DNA of 64,000 nt, from positions 96,001 through 160,000 of the forward strand of contig CAWFKQ010000007.1 in the NCBI GenBank assembly GCA_963816395.1. The letters are read 5' to 3'. The DNA is from an uncultured delta proteobacterium (lineage in GTDB: Bacteria; Desulfobacterota; Desulfuromonadia; Desulfuromonadales; JACZKF01). Below, piece after piece: positions 19,901 to 29,132 of this stretch. Position 1 is the stretch's first letter, and each line of letters begins with the position of its first letter. Below the pieces are notes generated by a model. It was not told the DNA's origin and ran no database searches. It worked only from the letters and a program-made list of their open reading frames with translations. Made by a program: the position numbers and the translations under genes.

Positions 19901-20365
19901 TCAGGCCTGACTCCCGCGCTCTGGCTCGAATTCCATGACAAAGGCGTCTTCACCATCCGGGTAGTAACCCGGGCGCCGGGAAATGATGCGGAAACCGAGG
20001 CGCCGATAGAGGGCAAGGGCCGCTTCGTTGCTGACCCGCACCTCGAGAAACGCCTTCTCCAGTCCTGGCTGGCTGCCCTGGTCGAGTGCTCGGCCAAGCA
20101 GCATCCCGGCAATCCCGCGGCGGCGAAAGGCGGGAGCGGTAGCCAGATTGAGGATGTGCAATTCCCCCTGCAGGTACCAGGAGCAGAGATAACCACCCAG
20201 TTGACCGTCGATCCAATAGAGATCGACGGTGGCGAAAGGGCTGTGCAATTCCTGCAGGAAGAATTCGGCTGACCATGGATGGGAATAACATTGCCGCTCA
20301 ACGGCCAGCACCTGATCCAGGTCGGCCGGGGTCATCGGTCGGATGTCAATGACTGGCAGGGGCAT
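19901..20365 (-). CDS. rimI: Ribosomal protein N-acetyltransferase
   Basis: PWS, ELHILNLA..P.FRRRG, LEVRVSN, RPGYY.DGEDA. Confidence 0.92.
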   Translation of the reverse strand: MPLPVIDIRPMTPADLDQVLAVERQCYSHPWSAEFFLQELHSPFATVDLYWIDGQLGGYLCSWYLQGELHILNLATAPAFRRRGIAGMLLGRALDQGSQPGLEKAFLEVRVSNEAALALYRRLGFRIISRRPGYYPDGEDAFVMEFEPERGSQA

Positions 20366-20376
20366 GGCGCTGCTGA

Positions 20377-20436
20377 TTAGTAGCTGCTCGAAGAAAAAAC
20401 GGCCTGGCGCCCGTTACGCCAGGAAAGTCGGCTCAT
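20377..20436 (-). other. Candidate 19-aa leader ORF overlapping a terminator-like hairpin
   Basis: GGGGGTG RBS; MSRLSWRNGRQAVFSSSSY*; CCTGGCG/CGCCAGG stem then CCGTTTTTTCTT. Confidence 0.4.
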
Positions 20437-20544
20437 GATATGTCACCCCCAAAAGTGTGTAAAGACATAATAACACGTCTGCCCCCGCGAAACCGAGGCC
20501 GCCGGCCTCCCCTGAAAAGCCGGCAGCGACGGGGGAGTTTGCCG

Positions 20545-20574
20545 TTGACAAGCCGCAGGTGCTGGTCTAATAAT
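20545..20574 (+). promoter_or_regulatory. sigma70-type promoter for purMN operon
   Basis: TTGACA-N17-TAATAAT, about 30 nt before purM. Confidence 0.65.
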
Positions 20575-20605
20575 TAGGCACTTTTTCCAACGGGGAGCGG
20601 GCAAG

Positions 20606-21652
20606 TTGAACAACGATAAGACCACCTACAAGGATGCCGGCGTCGACATCGATGCCGGCAATCGTTTTGTCCGGATGATCAGGCCTCTGGTCAAGGGCAC
20701 CTTCCGCCCGGAAGTGCTGACGGATATCGGCGGCTTCGGCGGCCTCTTCGCCCTGCAGTCGGGCAAATACCGCCAACCGACCCTGGTCGCCTCCACCGAC
20801 GGCGTCGGCACCAAGCTCAAGCTGGCTTTCCTCCTGGACCGGCACGATACGGTGGGGATCGACCTGGTGGCCATGTGCGTCAATGACATCGTCGTGCAGG
20901 GGGCCGAACCCCTTTTCTTTCTCGATTATTTCGCCACCGGCAAGCTGTCCCCGGAAAAGGCCGTGGAAGTCGTCCGCGGCATTGCCGAGGGATGCCGCCA
21001 GGCCGGCTGCGCCCTGATCGGCGGCGAAACCGCAGAAATGCCGGGATTCTACGGTGAGGGGGAATATGATCTGGCCGGCTTCACCGTCGGGGTCGTCGAT
21101 CAGGACCGGATCATTGACGGCTCCAGCATCACGGCTGGCGACCGGGTGATCGGGATTGCCTCCAGCGGCCTGCACTCCAATGGCTATTCCCTCGCCCGCA
21201 AGGTATTGTTCGAGCGGATGGGACTAGACCTCGATGCCGCTCTGCCCGAACTGGACCGGCCCCTGGGGGAGGTCCTGCTGACCCCGACCCGCATCTACGT
21301 CGGACCATTCTCAATCTCCTGCGCCGATTTCCGGATCAAGGGGATGGCCCACATCACCGGCGGCGGCATCCTGGAAAATGTCCCGCGGGTTCTGCCCCGT
21401 CAGTGCCGGGCGATAATCGAACGGAACAGCTGGCCCAAACCGCCGATTTTCGACCTCCTGCGGGAGGGCGGCGGTATTGAGGAGACAGAGATGTACCGCA
21501 CGTTCAACTACGGCATCGGCATGGTCCTGATCGTACCGGAGCAGGAAGCCGACGCTATCATGGAGCGCCTGGCCGGGCTGGGGGAACAGGCATTCCTGAT
21601 CGGCGAGATCGCCAGGTGCGAGGAAGGGCAGGAACAGGTGGAGCTGGTTTAA
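20606..21652 (+). CDS. purM: Phosphoribosylformylglycinamidine cyclo-ligase
   Basis: [38 protein letters not shown]; short compensating-indel stretch near 21300-21325. Confidence 0.97.
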   Translation: MNNDKTTYKDAGVDIDAGNRFVRMIRPLVKGTFRPEVLTDIGGFGGLFALQSGKYRQPTLVASTDGVGTKLKLAFLLDRHDTVGIDLVAMCVNDIVVQGAEPLFFLDYFATGKLSPEKAVEVVRGIAEGCRQAGCALIGGETAEMPGFYGEGEYDLAGFTVGVVDQDRIIDGSSITAGDRVIGIASSGLHSNGYSLARKVLFERMGLDLDAALPELDRPLGEVLLTPTRIYVGPFSISCADFRIKGMAHITGGGILENVPRVLPRQCRAIIERNSWPKPPIFDLLREGGGIEETEMYRTFNYGIGMVLIVPEQEADAIMERLAGLGEQAFLIGEIARCEEGQEQVELV

Positions 21653-21653
21653 A

Positions 21654-21696
21654 CCAGGTTCCAGGTTCAAGGTTCAAGATAGAAAGGCCAAGGTCG
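21654..21696. repeat. Heptamer tandem array (CAAGGTT family)
   Basis: CCAGGTT CCAGGTT CAAGGTT CAAGAT AGAAAGG CCAAGGT filling the purM-purN spacer. Confidence 0.8.
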
Positions 21697-21697
21697 A

Positions 21698-22362
21698 ATG
21701 GGTGGAAAGCTGAAAATAGGCGTGCTGGTTTCCGGCGGCGGCACCAACCTGCAGGCGATCATCGATCGCTGCCGGGACGGCAGTATCAGTGCCGAAATCG
21801 CCCTGGTGGTGAGCAACAACCCCCAGGCGGGCGCCCTGGAACGCTGCCGCCGGGCGGAGATTCCTGCCCGGGTCATCGACCATCGGCAGTTCGCCGAGCC
21901 GGGAGAGCTTCGAAACGGCGGTAGTCGCCGCCCTGCAGGAAGCCGGGGTGGAACTGATCTGCCTGGCCGGCTTCATGCGCCTGCTCTCGGGGAACTTTCT
22001 GCAGGCTTTTCCCGGGCGCATCATGAATATCCATCCGGCCCTGCTGCCAGCATTTCCGGGTCTGCACGTCCAGCGCCAGGCACTTGAATACGGCGCCCGC
22101 TTTGCCGGCTGCACGGTGCATTTCGTCGATGCCGGCCTGGATACCGGGCCGATCATCATTCAGGCGGTTGTCCCGGTTCTCGATGATGATGACGAGCGAG
22201 ACCCTGGCGGACCGCATCCTGGCAGCAGGAACACCGGATTTATCCCCGCGCTATCCAGCTCTTCGCCGAAGGGCGGCTGCATATCGAAGGGCGCCGGGTC
22301 CGCATCGACCCGCCGCCGGTCTGCCCCGGTCGGCGCCCTGGTCAATCCGCCCGCTCGAGTAG
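21698..22362 (+). CDS. purN: Phosphoribosylglycinamide formyltransferase (several frameshifts)
   Basis: VLVSGGGTNLQA, LAGFMR, NIHPALLPAFPG, GCTVHFVD.GLDTGPII. Confidence 0.93.
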
Positions 22363-22365
22363 CCC

Positions 22366-22832
22366 GTGGAACCCACTCCCCAGCGTCCGATCCTGGTCAG
22401 CGCCTGCCTGCTGGGCCTCCTTACCCGCTATGACGGCCGCAGCAAGCTCAGCGAAAAGGTCCTGGAGTACCTCCGCCGGGAGAATCTGCTGCCGGTCCCC
22501 GTCTGCCCGGAGCAGCTGGCCGGGTTGCCCACACCGCGGCCAGCTACCCATTTCGCTGTCCGGCGACGGGCAAGCAGTCCTGGACGGCACCGGCCTGATG
22601 CGGCAGGTCGACGGACGGGACCACAATGAACGAGGTTTTCCTCAAGGGGGCAATCGAGACGATGAAGGTGGCCCGCCTGGCCGGGTGCCGCGATGCCCTG
22701 CTGAAGGAGCGCAGCCCCTCCTGCGGGGTGCGCCAGATCTCCCGGGCAGGGGAAATCAACCCCGGCCAGGGTGTCACCGCCGCCCTGCTCGAACGAAACG
22801 GCATCCGCACCTTCAGCGAAGAAGACCTGTAG
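22366..22832 (+). CDS. DUF523 / 2-thiouracil desulfurase family protein (frameshifted)
   Basis: ILVSACLLG..RYDG, VCPEQLAGLPTPR, KERSPSCG, GQGVTAALL. Confidence 0.85.
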
Positions 22833-22847
22833 CCAACCGGAAGAAAA

Positions 22848-24113
22848 GTGTCCCAGCGCCATTACCAGGTCATCATCATTGGCGACAGTCTCGCCGCCCG
22901 CCTCGCCGGCGTTTTGCTCGGCAGGCACGGGGTGCGGGTGCTTGCCTTTCAGAAGAACAGCCTTCCCACCGGTCCATGGTTTCCATCCTCTCTTCTTCTG
23001 GATCGAATCCTCGACAGCCTGGGCGGCCGCACCTGCTACACCGCCCCGATGCCGTTCCAGGTCATCGGCCGCCGATCCCGTGTCGAAATCAACGGCGCTT
23101 CCCCTCTCGAGGAAGAATTCCGCCGTGAATTCCCGGGGCAGCACCTGCGGCTGACGGAGGTCCTCCGCCGCTGGCGCTGATGGCCGACCGGCTGGAGAGC
23201 CTGTTCTGGCCGGACGGCATTCTGCCCCTCTACGGCGCCGGCAGCCGGTTGCAGTTTGCCTGGCGGCGCCTGCGCCGCGGGGTCTCGGGAGCCGCCGCAG
23301 AACGTCCGCTTACGGCCGAATTGGCCGAGTTCTCCGGGACCGCTGCCGGGGAGTTTCTCAGCACCCTCTTCGCCGCCCTGGCGCAGATGCCAGTCGAACG
23401 CCTGTCAGTGGCGGAAGGGGCGCTGCTATGGGCAGGGGCGGTTCGGGAGCGGGCCATTTCCCCGTCGGGTCTCGATGCGCTGCTGCGCCACCGCTATGAA
23501 CAGTTAAACGGCGAGAGCGAGGACCTCGGGACGGTGCAGAGCCTGACCGCCCAGGGCCGACGTCTGACCGGAGTGCTCCTGCAGAACGGCGACAGGTGCA
23601 GCGCCGACTATTTTCTCGTCGAGGGTGTCGCAGATTACCCGCATGCTGCCGAAGGAATTGCGGAAGGATCTGCCTGTACCCGTTTCCTCGCTGGTCGCCA
23701 CGGTTAGCTTCCCCGAATCGCGCTTTCCCCCACTCCTTGCTCCTCGCGTCCTGTTGGCGGGCGATCCCCCCCTGCGGCTGAGTTTCGTCAGCCGCGACGG
23801 GCAGGTGCATTGCGTCACCAAGACCTACCGGCAGGCCGGCCGGCCCGTCCCGGAGACAGCGGAGTTCCGGCAACGCCTGGCCGAACTTCTGCCTTTTGCC
23901 GAATTCGAAGTCCAGTTCCGGCAAGCAGGGGAGCCGCTGCCGCCGATCCCGCGCCGTCCCTGCTTTCCCGGAGCCGCCGGCACCCTGGGTCTAAGCGGGA
24001 ATACCCTGCTGTGCCACGGACCAGGCGTGCTGCCTTCCCTCGGCACTCTTGGCGAGGCGTTGGCGGGTTTCTCCTCGGCCAACCGCCTGCTGAAATCCCT
24101 GCGCTGCCGATAG
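22848..24113 (+). CDS. Hypothetical protein with degenerate FAD-binding Rossmann start (two or more frameshifts)
   Basis: YQVIIIGDSLAARLAGVLL...G.RVL; three consecutive ORF fragments. Confidence 0.6.
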
Positions 24114-24200
24114 AAGAGTCAAGAAAACACAAAAGTAAGTTGCATTGCACTTCGAACCATGCTAAAGATATGTCGTTCGAAATTTCCAGGAGGTAATCCG

Positions 24201-24392
24201 ATGTCCAGAACATGTGAAATCTGCGGAAAAAAGCCCAGCACGGGCAATAACGTCAGCCATGCCCATAACAAAACCCGCAAGGTCTGGTACCCGAACCTGC
24301 AGAAGGTGAAAGCGGTCCATCAGGGTACGGTTCGCTCCATCAAGGTCTGTACCCGCTGCATCCGCGCCGGCGCCGTTAAAAAGGCGATCTAA
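24201..24392 (+). CDS. rpmB: 50S ribosomal protein L28
   Basis: [10 protein letters not shown]...[17 protein letters not shown]...[16 protein letters not shown]. Confidence 0.97.
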   Translation: MSRTCEICGKKPSTGNNVSHAHNKTRKVWYPNLQKVKAVHQGTVRSIKVCTRCIRAGAVKKAI

Positions 24393-24393
24393 A

Positions 24394-24419
24394 AAAGGGT
24401 GGGCATCAGCCCACCCTTT
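24394..24419. terminator. Bidirectional intrinsic terminator
   Basis: AAAGGGTGGGC-atca-GCCCACCCTTT between convergent rpmB and ridA. Confidence 0.85.
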
Positions 24420-24450
24420 CTCGTTTCGCTCCGTTCGCCTTCCTGCGAGG

Positions 24451-24833
24451 TTAACCGCAGAACCCAACCCATTCGATCTCGATTTTCGCCCCTTTCGGCA
24501 GGGCCGCCACCTGAACGGTCGATCTGGCCGGGGGGATTCCCGGGAAGTATCTTCCGTAAATTTCATTGACCACAGCGAAATCCTGAAGATCGGTGAGGAA
24601 AATAGTCGTTTTCACCACCTGTCCGACTTGCATACCCGCCCCCCCAGGGCGGCCACCATATTTGCCATGACCCTCTCGGCCTGCTCGGCGATGCCGCCGG
24701 CGACCATTTCCCCGGTAGCCGGCTCAAGAGGAATCTGCCCGGAAAAGAAGACAAACTCCCCCGCCCGTACTCCCTGCGAATAGGGGCCGATCGCCGCCGG
24801 CGCCTCCCGCGTCTCAATCCTTTCCAAAGCCAT
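24451..24833 (-). CDS. ridA: RidA family enamine/imine deaminase (frameshift in G-run near 24640)
   Basis: APAAIGPYSQ, SGQIP, VVKTTIFL, PARS.V.VAALP..IEIE. Confidence 0.92.
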
Positions 24834-24844
24834 AAAGTCTCCCC

Positions 24845-24914
24845 AGTAAGTAGTGAGATAGTGAGATAGGGAAATAGAAGAAGCTTTAACTACCTCACTA
24901 TCTCGCTACTTACT
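24845..24914. repeat. Octamer array forming a 25-bp inverted repeat
   Basis: AGTAAGTAGTGAGATAGTGAGATAG vs reverse complement of 24890-24914 AGTAAGTAGCGAGATAGTGAGGTAG (23/25). Confidence 0.9.
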
Positions 24915-24926
24915 TCCTCACTGTTT

Positions 24927-27083
24927 TTAGTTCCGCATCCTCTCCACCTTATACACCCCTTTGACCTTCAGCAGGGCGTTGATGACCCGATTCAGATGAT
25001 CGAGATCCTGAACGTCGACTTCGAAGGTGTTCAGCCCCTTGTGGTCCGGAGTGGAAAGGACATTGGCGCTGATGATGTTTGCTTCGCTGTTGGTGATGGC
25101 GCCGGTGATGCCCGCCAGCATTCCTTTCTGATCGACGCAGAAAACGCGGATCTTGGCCGGACGGGAGGCTTTTTTCTTCATGTCCCACTCGACCTCGAGC
25201 CGCCGCTCCGGATCTCCCTCCAGGATGTGCGGGCAGTCGCTGGTATGCACGGTCACCCCCCGGCCGCGGGTAATGAAGCCGATGACCGGATCCCCCGGCA
25301 GAGGATTGCAGCACTTGGCGAAACGGACCAGGATATCTTCCACCCCCTGGATTTTGATGGCGTTGGAGGGCTTTTTACGGATCTTCTCCAGCACCCTGCC
25401 TATGGTGCCTGGCTTCGGTGGTTCGGCCTTGAGTTTCTCCGCCGGCACAATTCGTCCGACAACCTGCCCCAGGGAGACCTTGCCATAGCCGAGGGCCGCC
25501 ATCAGGTCGTCGTCGCTCCTGAAGCCCAGTTCCTCCACGACGAAGGCAAGATCCTCCGACCCGAGCACCCGGTTCAGGCTGAAGCCGTGCTTGCGCAATT
25601 CCTTCTCCAGCATTTCCCGACCCAGGACCAGGCTTTTTTCCCGTTGCTCGGCCTTGATCCACTGGCGAATTTTATTGCGCGCCTTGGAGGTACGGACGAA
25701 TTTCAGCCAATCCTTGCTTGGGGTCTGGTTGGCCGAGGTGATCACTTCGACGATATCGCCGTTGTGCAGTTCCGTCTTCAGCGGCACCAGTTTGCCGTTA
25801 ATCCTGGCGCCGGAACATCGCTGCCCGATATCCGTATGAATACCATAGGCAAAATCGATGGGCGTGGAACCCTTGGGCAACTCCTTCACATCCCCCTTGG
25901 GGGTAAAGACATAGACCTCTTCCGGGAACAGATCGACCTTCACCGAATCCATGAACTCCCGGGAGTCCTTGAGTTCCTGCTGCCATTCCAACAGTTGACG
26001 CAGCCATCCGAAACGTCTGTCGTCCCGGCCGTTGAGCCCGGAAGCGGCCTTTCCCTCCTTGTATTTCCAATGGGCGGCAATTCCCTCCTCAGCCACCCGA
26101 TGCATTTCCTCGGTGCGGATCTGCACTTCCATCCGCTCCCCGTAGGGGCCAATCACCGTCGTGTGCAGGGACTGGTACATATTCGCCTTCGGCATGGCGA
26201 TGTAATCTTTAAACCGCCCGGGTATCGGTTTCCAGGCCGAATGGATGATGCCGAGCACGGCGTAGCAGTCCCGCACGCTGTCGACAATGAGGCGAAAAGC
26301 GATCAGGTCGAAGACCTGGTCGAAATCGATCCCCTGCCGCTCCATTTTCAGATAGATGGAATACAGGTGCTTGGAGCGCCCGGAGATCTCCCCCTGGATA
26401 CCGTGCTCGTTGAGCTTTTCCTGAATCTGCTTCCTGACCTCCTCGATATATTTCTCCCGCTCCTTCTTCTTTTTCGCCACCTTCCCCACCATGTCGTAGA
26501 AAAGGTCGGGGTGAAGATAGCGGAAGGAAAGGTCCTCCAGTTCGCTTTTGATCCAGCTGATCCCCATCCGGTTGGCCAGCGGCGCATAAATATCCAGGGT
26601 TTCCTGGGCGATCTTACGCTGCCGCGCCTCCGGCTGGTAGCCAAGGGTCCGCATGTTGTGCAGGCGGTCGGCCAGCTTGACCAGGATCACCCGGATATCG
26701 CGGGCCATGGCCAGCAGCATCTTGCGGAAATTTTCCGCCTGGCGTTCCTCGCTGGTGCGAAAGATGATCTTGCCGATTTTGGTGACGCCGTCGACCAGGC
26801 TGGCCACTTCCTCTCCGAAAACAGACTGCAGCTCCTCGACCGTGGTCAGCGTATCTTCGAGGGTATCGTGCAACAGCCCGGTGACGATGGTCGGCACGTC
26901 CATGCGCAGTTGGACAAGAATGAAGGCGACCTCCATCGGATGGGTAAGATAGGGCTCACCGGAAAGACGCACCTGTCCCTGGTGTACCTTGGCGCTGAAG
27001 ACATAGGCCTTGCGCACGGCATCCAGGTCGGCTCCGGAGTTGTAAGAACGGATTTTTTCGAGGATGTTGTCGATGCGAACCAT
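24927..27083 (-). CDS. rel: Bifunctional (p)ppGpp synthetase/hydrolase (long RSH)
   Basis: Intact HD (LLHDT), RFKDYI, YQSLHT, AAHWKYK, TGS, CC zinc finger and ACT domains. Confidence 0.96.
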   Translation of the reverse strand: MVRIDNILEKIRSYNSGADLDAVRKAYVFSAKVHQGQVRLSGEPYLTHPMEVAFILVQLRMDVPTIVTGLLHDTLEDTLTTVEELQSVFGEEVASLVDGVTKIGKIIFRTSEERQAENFRKMLLAMARDIRVILVKLADRLHNMRTLGYQPEARQRKIAQETLDIYAPLANRMGISWIKSELEDLSFRYLHPDLFYDMVGKVAKKKKEREKYIEEVRKQIQEKLNEHGIQGEISGRSKHLYSIYLKMERQGIDFDQVFDLIAFRLIVDSVRDCYAVLGIIHSAWKPIPGRFKDYIAMPKANMYQSLHTTVIGPYGERMEVQIRTEEMHRVAEEGIAAHWKYKEGKAASGLNGRDDRRFGWLRQLLEWQQELKDSREFMDSVKVDLFPEEVYVFTPKGDVKELPKGSTPIDFAYGIHTDIGQRCSGARINGKLVPLKTELHNGDIVEVITSANQTPSKDWLKFVRTSKARNKIRQWIKAEQREKSLVLGREMLEKELRKHGFSLNRVLGSEDLAFVVEELGFRSDDDLMAALGYGKVSLGQVVGRIVPAEKLKAEPPKPGTIGRVLEKIRKKPSNAIKIQGVEDILVRFAKCCNPLPGDPVIGFITRGRGVTVHTSDCPHILEGDPERRLEVEWDMKKKASRPAKIRVFCVDQKGMLAGITGAITNSEANIISANVLSTPDHKGLNTFEVDVQDLDHLNRVINALLKVKGVYKVERMRN

Positions 27084-27195
27084 AGCGACTCTAGCGGGCG
27101 AAGATCGTCCAGGAAGAGACCGGTCGGGTTAGAACCGGCATGCACATAGAGCCTGCTGAACGGTTGCAAACATGGGGGCGGGGGGCGGAGGCACG

Positions 27196-27218
27196 GCCGC
27201 CGGCGAGTCGCCGGCGGC
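27196..27218. other. GC-rich hairpin just after rpoZ stop
   Basis: GCCGCCGGCGA-G-TCGCCGGCGGC; no U-tract. Confidence 0.5.
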
Positions 27219-27227
27219 TGGCGGAAA

Positions 27228-27434
27228 TTACCTTTTCCGAACTGGAATTTCGAAATCGACCCTTCCGGCCGCAATCTCACGCAGGCCCAGAACAATCTTT
27301 TTGTTTCCCGCCTTGTTTTCGATCAGCGGCTGAGACCCCTTGTAGAGCTGCTTGGCTCTTTTGGCAGCCACCATGACCAGCAGAAAGCGGTTGGGGATCA
27401 CCCGGAGACAATCTTCAACAGTGATGCGTGCCAT
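27228..27434 (-). CDS. rpoZ: RNA polymerase omega subunit
   Basis: [10 protein letters not shown]...NRF.LV.VAAKRA.QL...LREIA.G. Confidence 0.96.
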   Translation of the reverse strand: MARITVEDCLRVIPNRFLLVMVAAKRAKQLYKGSQPLIENKAGNKKIVLGLREIAAGRVDFEIPVRKR

Positions 27435-27481
27435 TCCGAACTCCTGATAGGGTTAACGGCCCGGGAAAACCCGAGAGCCGG

Positions 27482-28177
27482 CTACAAATCGAATATTCTC
27501 GCCACAACCGGCAGAACGCGAGAGGTACGGCAACCCTCCGCCAGCACGATGGACTTCAACTCCTGCACCGCCAGGGCGAAATCGTCATTGATCACCAGGT
27601 AGTCATATTTGGCAGCCTGGCGGATTTCCTCCCGGGCATTGGCGGTGCGCCGAGCGATGATCTCCGGCGCATCGGTCTGCCGCCCTTCCAGTCGGCGGCG
27701 CAACTCCTCCAGGTTCGGCGGCAGAATGAAGATGAATACTCCGCAACGGCGCCTCTCCCGAAGCTGGTTTGCTCCCTGGCAGTCGATATCCAGCAGGACA
27801 TCCTGGCCCCGACGGCGGCAATCATTCAGGGTCTCCATGGAAGTGCCGTAAAGATTCCCGTGGACTTCCGCCCATTCGGCAAAGGCGCCTTGCCGGACCA
27901 TGCCCTCGAAGGTATCGCGGGAGATGAAATGGTAATCGATCCCGTCCTGCTCTCCCTCGCGCATCGGCCGCGTGGTAAAAGAAACAGATTGCCGCAAATT
28001 GGGAAAAATGTCAATGAGTTCCCGGCAAAGAGAGGTTTTTCCGGTCCCGGAAGGAGCCGAAAGAACGAATAGTATTCCCGCTCGCCCCACCCCCTCCCCA
28101 GCGGCGGGCGAACCCTCAGGCAACTCCTGCTGGCTCCGTTCCGGGCTACCCCCTGAGGATTGAGGCTCACTCGACAT
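27482..28177 (-). CDS. gmk: Guanylate kinase (about 30-aa N-terminal extension; start uncertain)
   Basis: SAPSGTGKTS, TTRPMR.GE.DG.DYHF, YGT, LDIDCQGA. Confidence 0.95.
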   Translation of the reverse strand: MSSEPQSSGGSPERSQQELPEGSPAAGEGVGRAGILFVLSAPSGTGKTSLCRELIDIFPNLRQSVSFTTRPMREGEQDGIDYHFISRDTFEGMVRQGAFAEWAEVHGNLYGTSMETLNDCRRRGQDVLLDIDCQGANQLRERRRCGVFIFILPPNLEELRRRLEGRQTDAPEIIARRTANAREEIRQAAKYDYLVINDDFALAVQELKSIVLAEGCRTSRVLPVVARIFDL

Positions 28178-29045
28178 TCTGCACCTGTTCGCGGACTTTT
28201 TCCAACTCGGCCTTGAGGGCGACCACCATGCGGGTCAGATCGGCATCATTCGATTTGGAGCCCATGGTGTTTGTTTCCCGGTTCAGTTCCTGGACCAGGA
28301 AATCCATTTGTCTGCCCACCGGCTCGGCAGCCGTCAACAGCAGTCGAAACTGCTGCAGATGACTGCGGAAACGGACGATCTCCTCGGTTATATCGCAACG
28401 GTCGGCAAAAATGGCAATCTCCTGGGCCACTCGCTGCGGGTCGAAGGCGACCTCCGGCGCCAGCCGCGCCAGCCGGTCACTCAGCTTACTTTGCCATTCC
28501 AGCGGCACCTGCGGTGCCCGCGATTCCACCTCGCCCAAGAGCTCAACAATGATCGCCAGACGGGACTCCACATCCTGACGGGTACTTTCCCCCTCCGCCA
28601 GCCGCATGTTCTCCGTCGCCTGCAGGGCCTTCTCCAGTGCGGCTTCCAGCAAGGGAAGAATATTTCCCTCGGCCGGCTCTTCCTCACGCAGGACGATGAC
28701 ATCCCGCTGCGATGCCAGCATGGAAAGTGGGATTTCGCCGCCTGGCGTCAAAAGTAGCTGCATTTCCTTGAAGAGATCGACGTAAGCCTCGGCCAGTGGT
28801 TTGTTCAATCGAGGCAGCAATCCAGCCGTACCTTCCACTTCCAGATTGACGAAAATATCGATCTTGCCGCGGCGCAGGCGCTCGCCGGCCTTTTTCTTGA
28901 TCTCCCCTTCGAGGGCCATCAGCACGCGCGGGAGCTTGGCCGTCATGTCGCTATAGCGATGATTAACCGACCGGATCTCGACGGTGAGAGAAAGCCCCGT
29001 TGCGGCTGCCTGTCCCTTGCCATAGCCGGTCATGCTTCTGATCAT
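28167..29045 (-). CDS. yicC: YicC/YloC family endoribonuclease
   Basis: SMTGYG, RSVNHRY, DITEE..R..SH, QELNRE.NT.GSK, REQVQNVE. Confidence 0.94.
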   Translation of the reverse strand: MIRSMTGYGKGQAAATGLSLTVEIRSVNHRYSDMTAKLPRVLMALEGEIKKKAGERLRRGKIDIFVNLEVEGTAGLLPRLNKPLAEAYVDLFKEMQLLLTPGGEIPLSMLASQRDVIVLREEEPAEGNILPLLEAALEKALQATENMRLAEGESTRQDVESRLAIIVELLGEVESRAPQVPLEWQSKLSDRLARLAPEVAFDPQRVAQEIAIFADRCDITEEIVRFRSHLQQFRLLLTAAEPVGRQMDFLVQELNRETNTMGSKSNDADLTRMVVALKAELEKVREQVQNVE

Positions 29046-29132
29046 GAGCAGATCCTTTTTAAGGGGGATGGCATTTCGGGGGGAGATTATGACAATAAAA
29101 CCATAGAGTCAAGAAAAGACAATCGAAAGGCT

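Noticed and set aside
20500..20524. PyrR-binding loop (minus strand TTTCAGGGGAGGCC) or ZTP riboswitch before purM
   Set aside because: Only a partial match to ARUCCNGNGAGGYU and it lies upstream of the likely -10; the purM leader is too short for a riboswitch.
24996..27149. 717-aa plus-strand ORF
   Set aside because: Antisense shadow of rel; expected from high-GC codon bias; no motifs.
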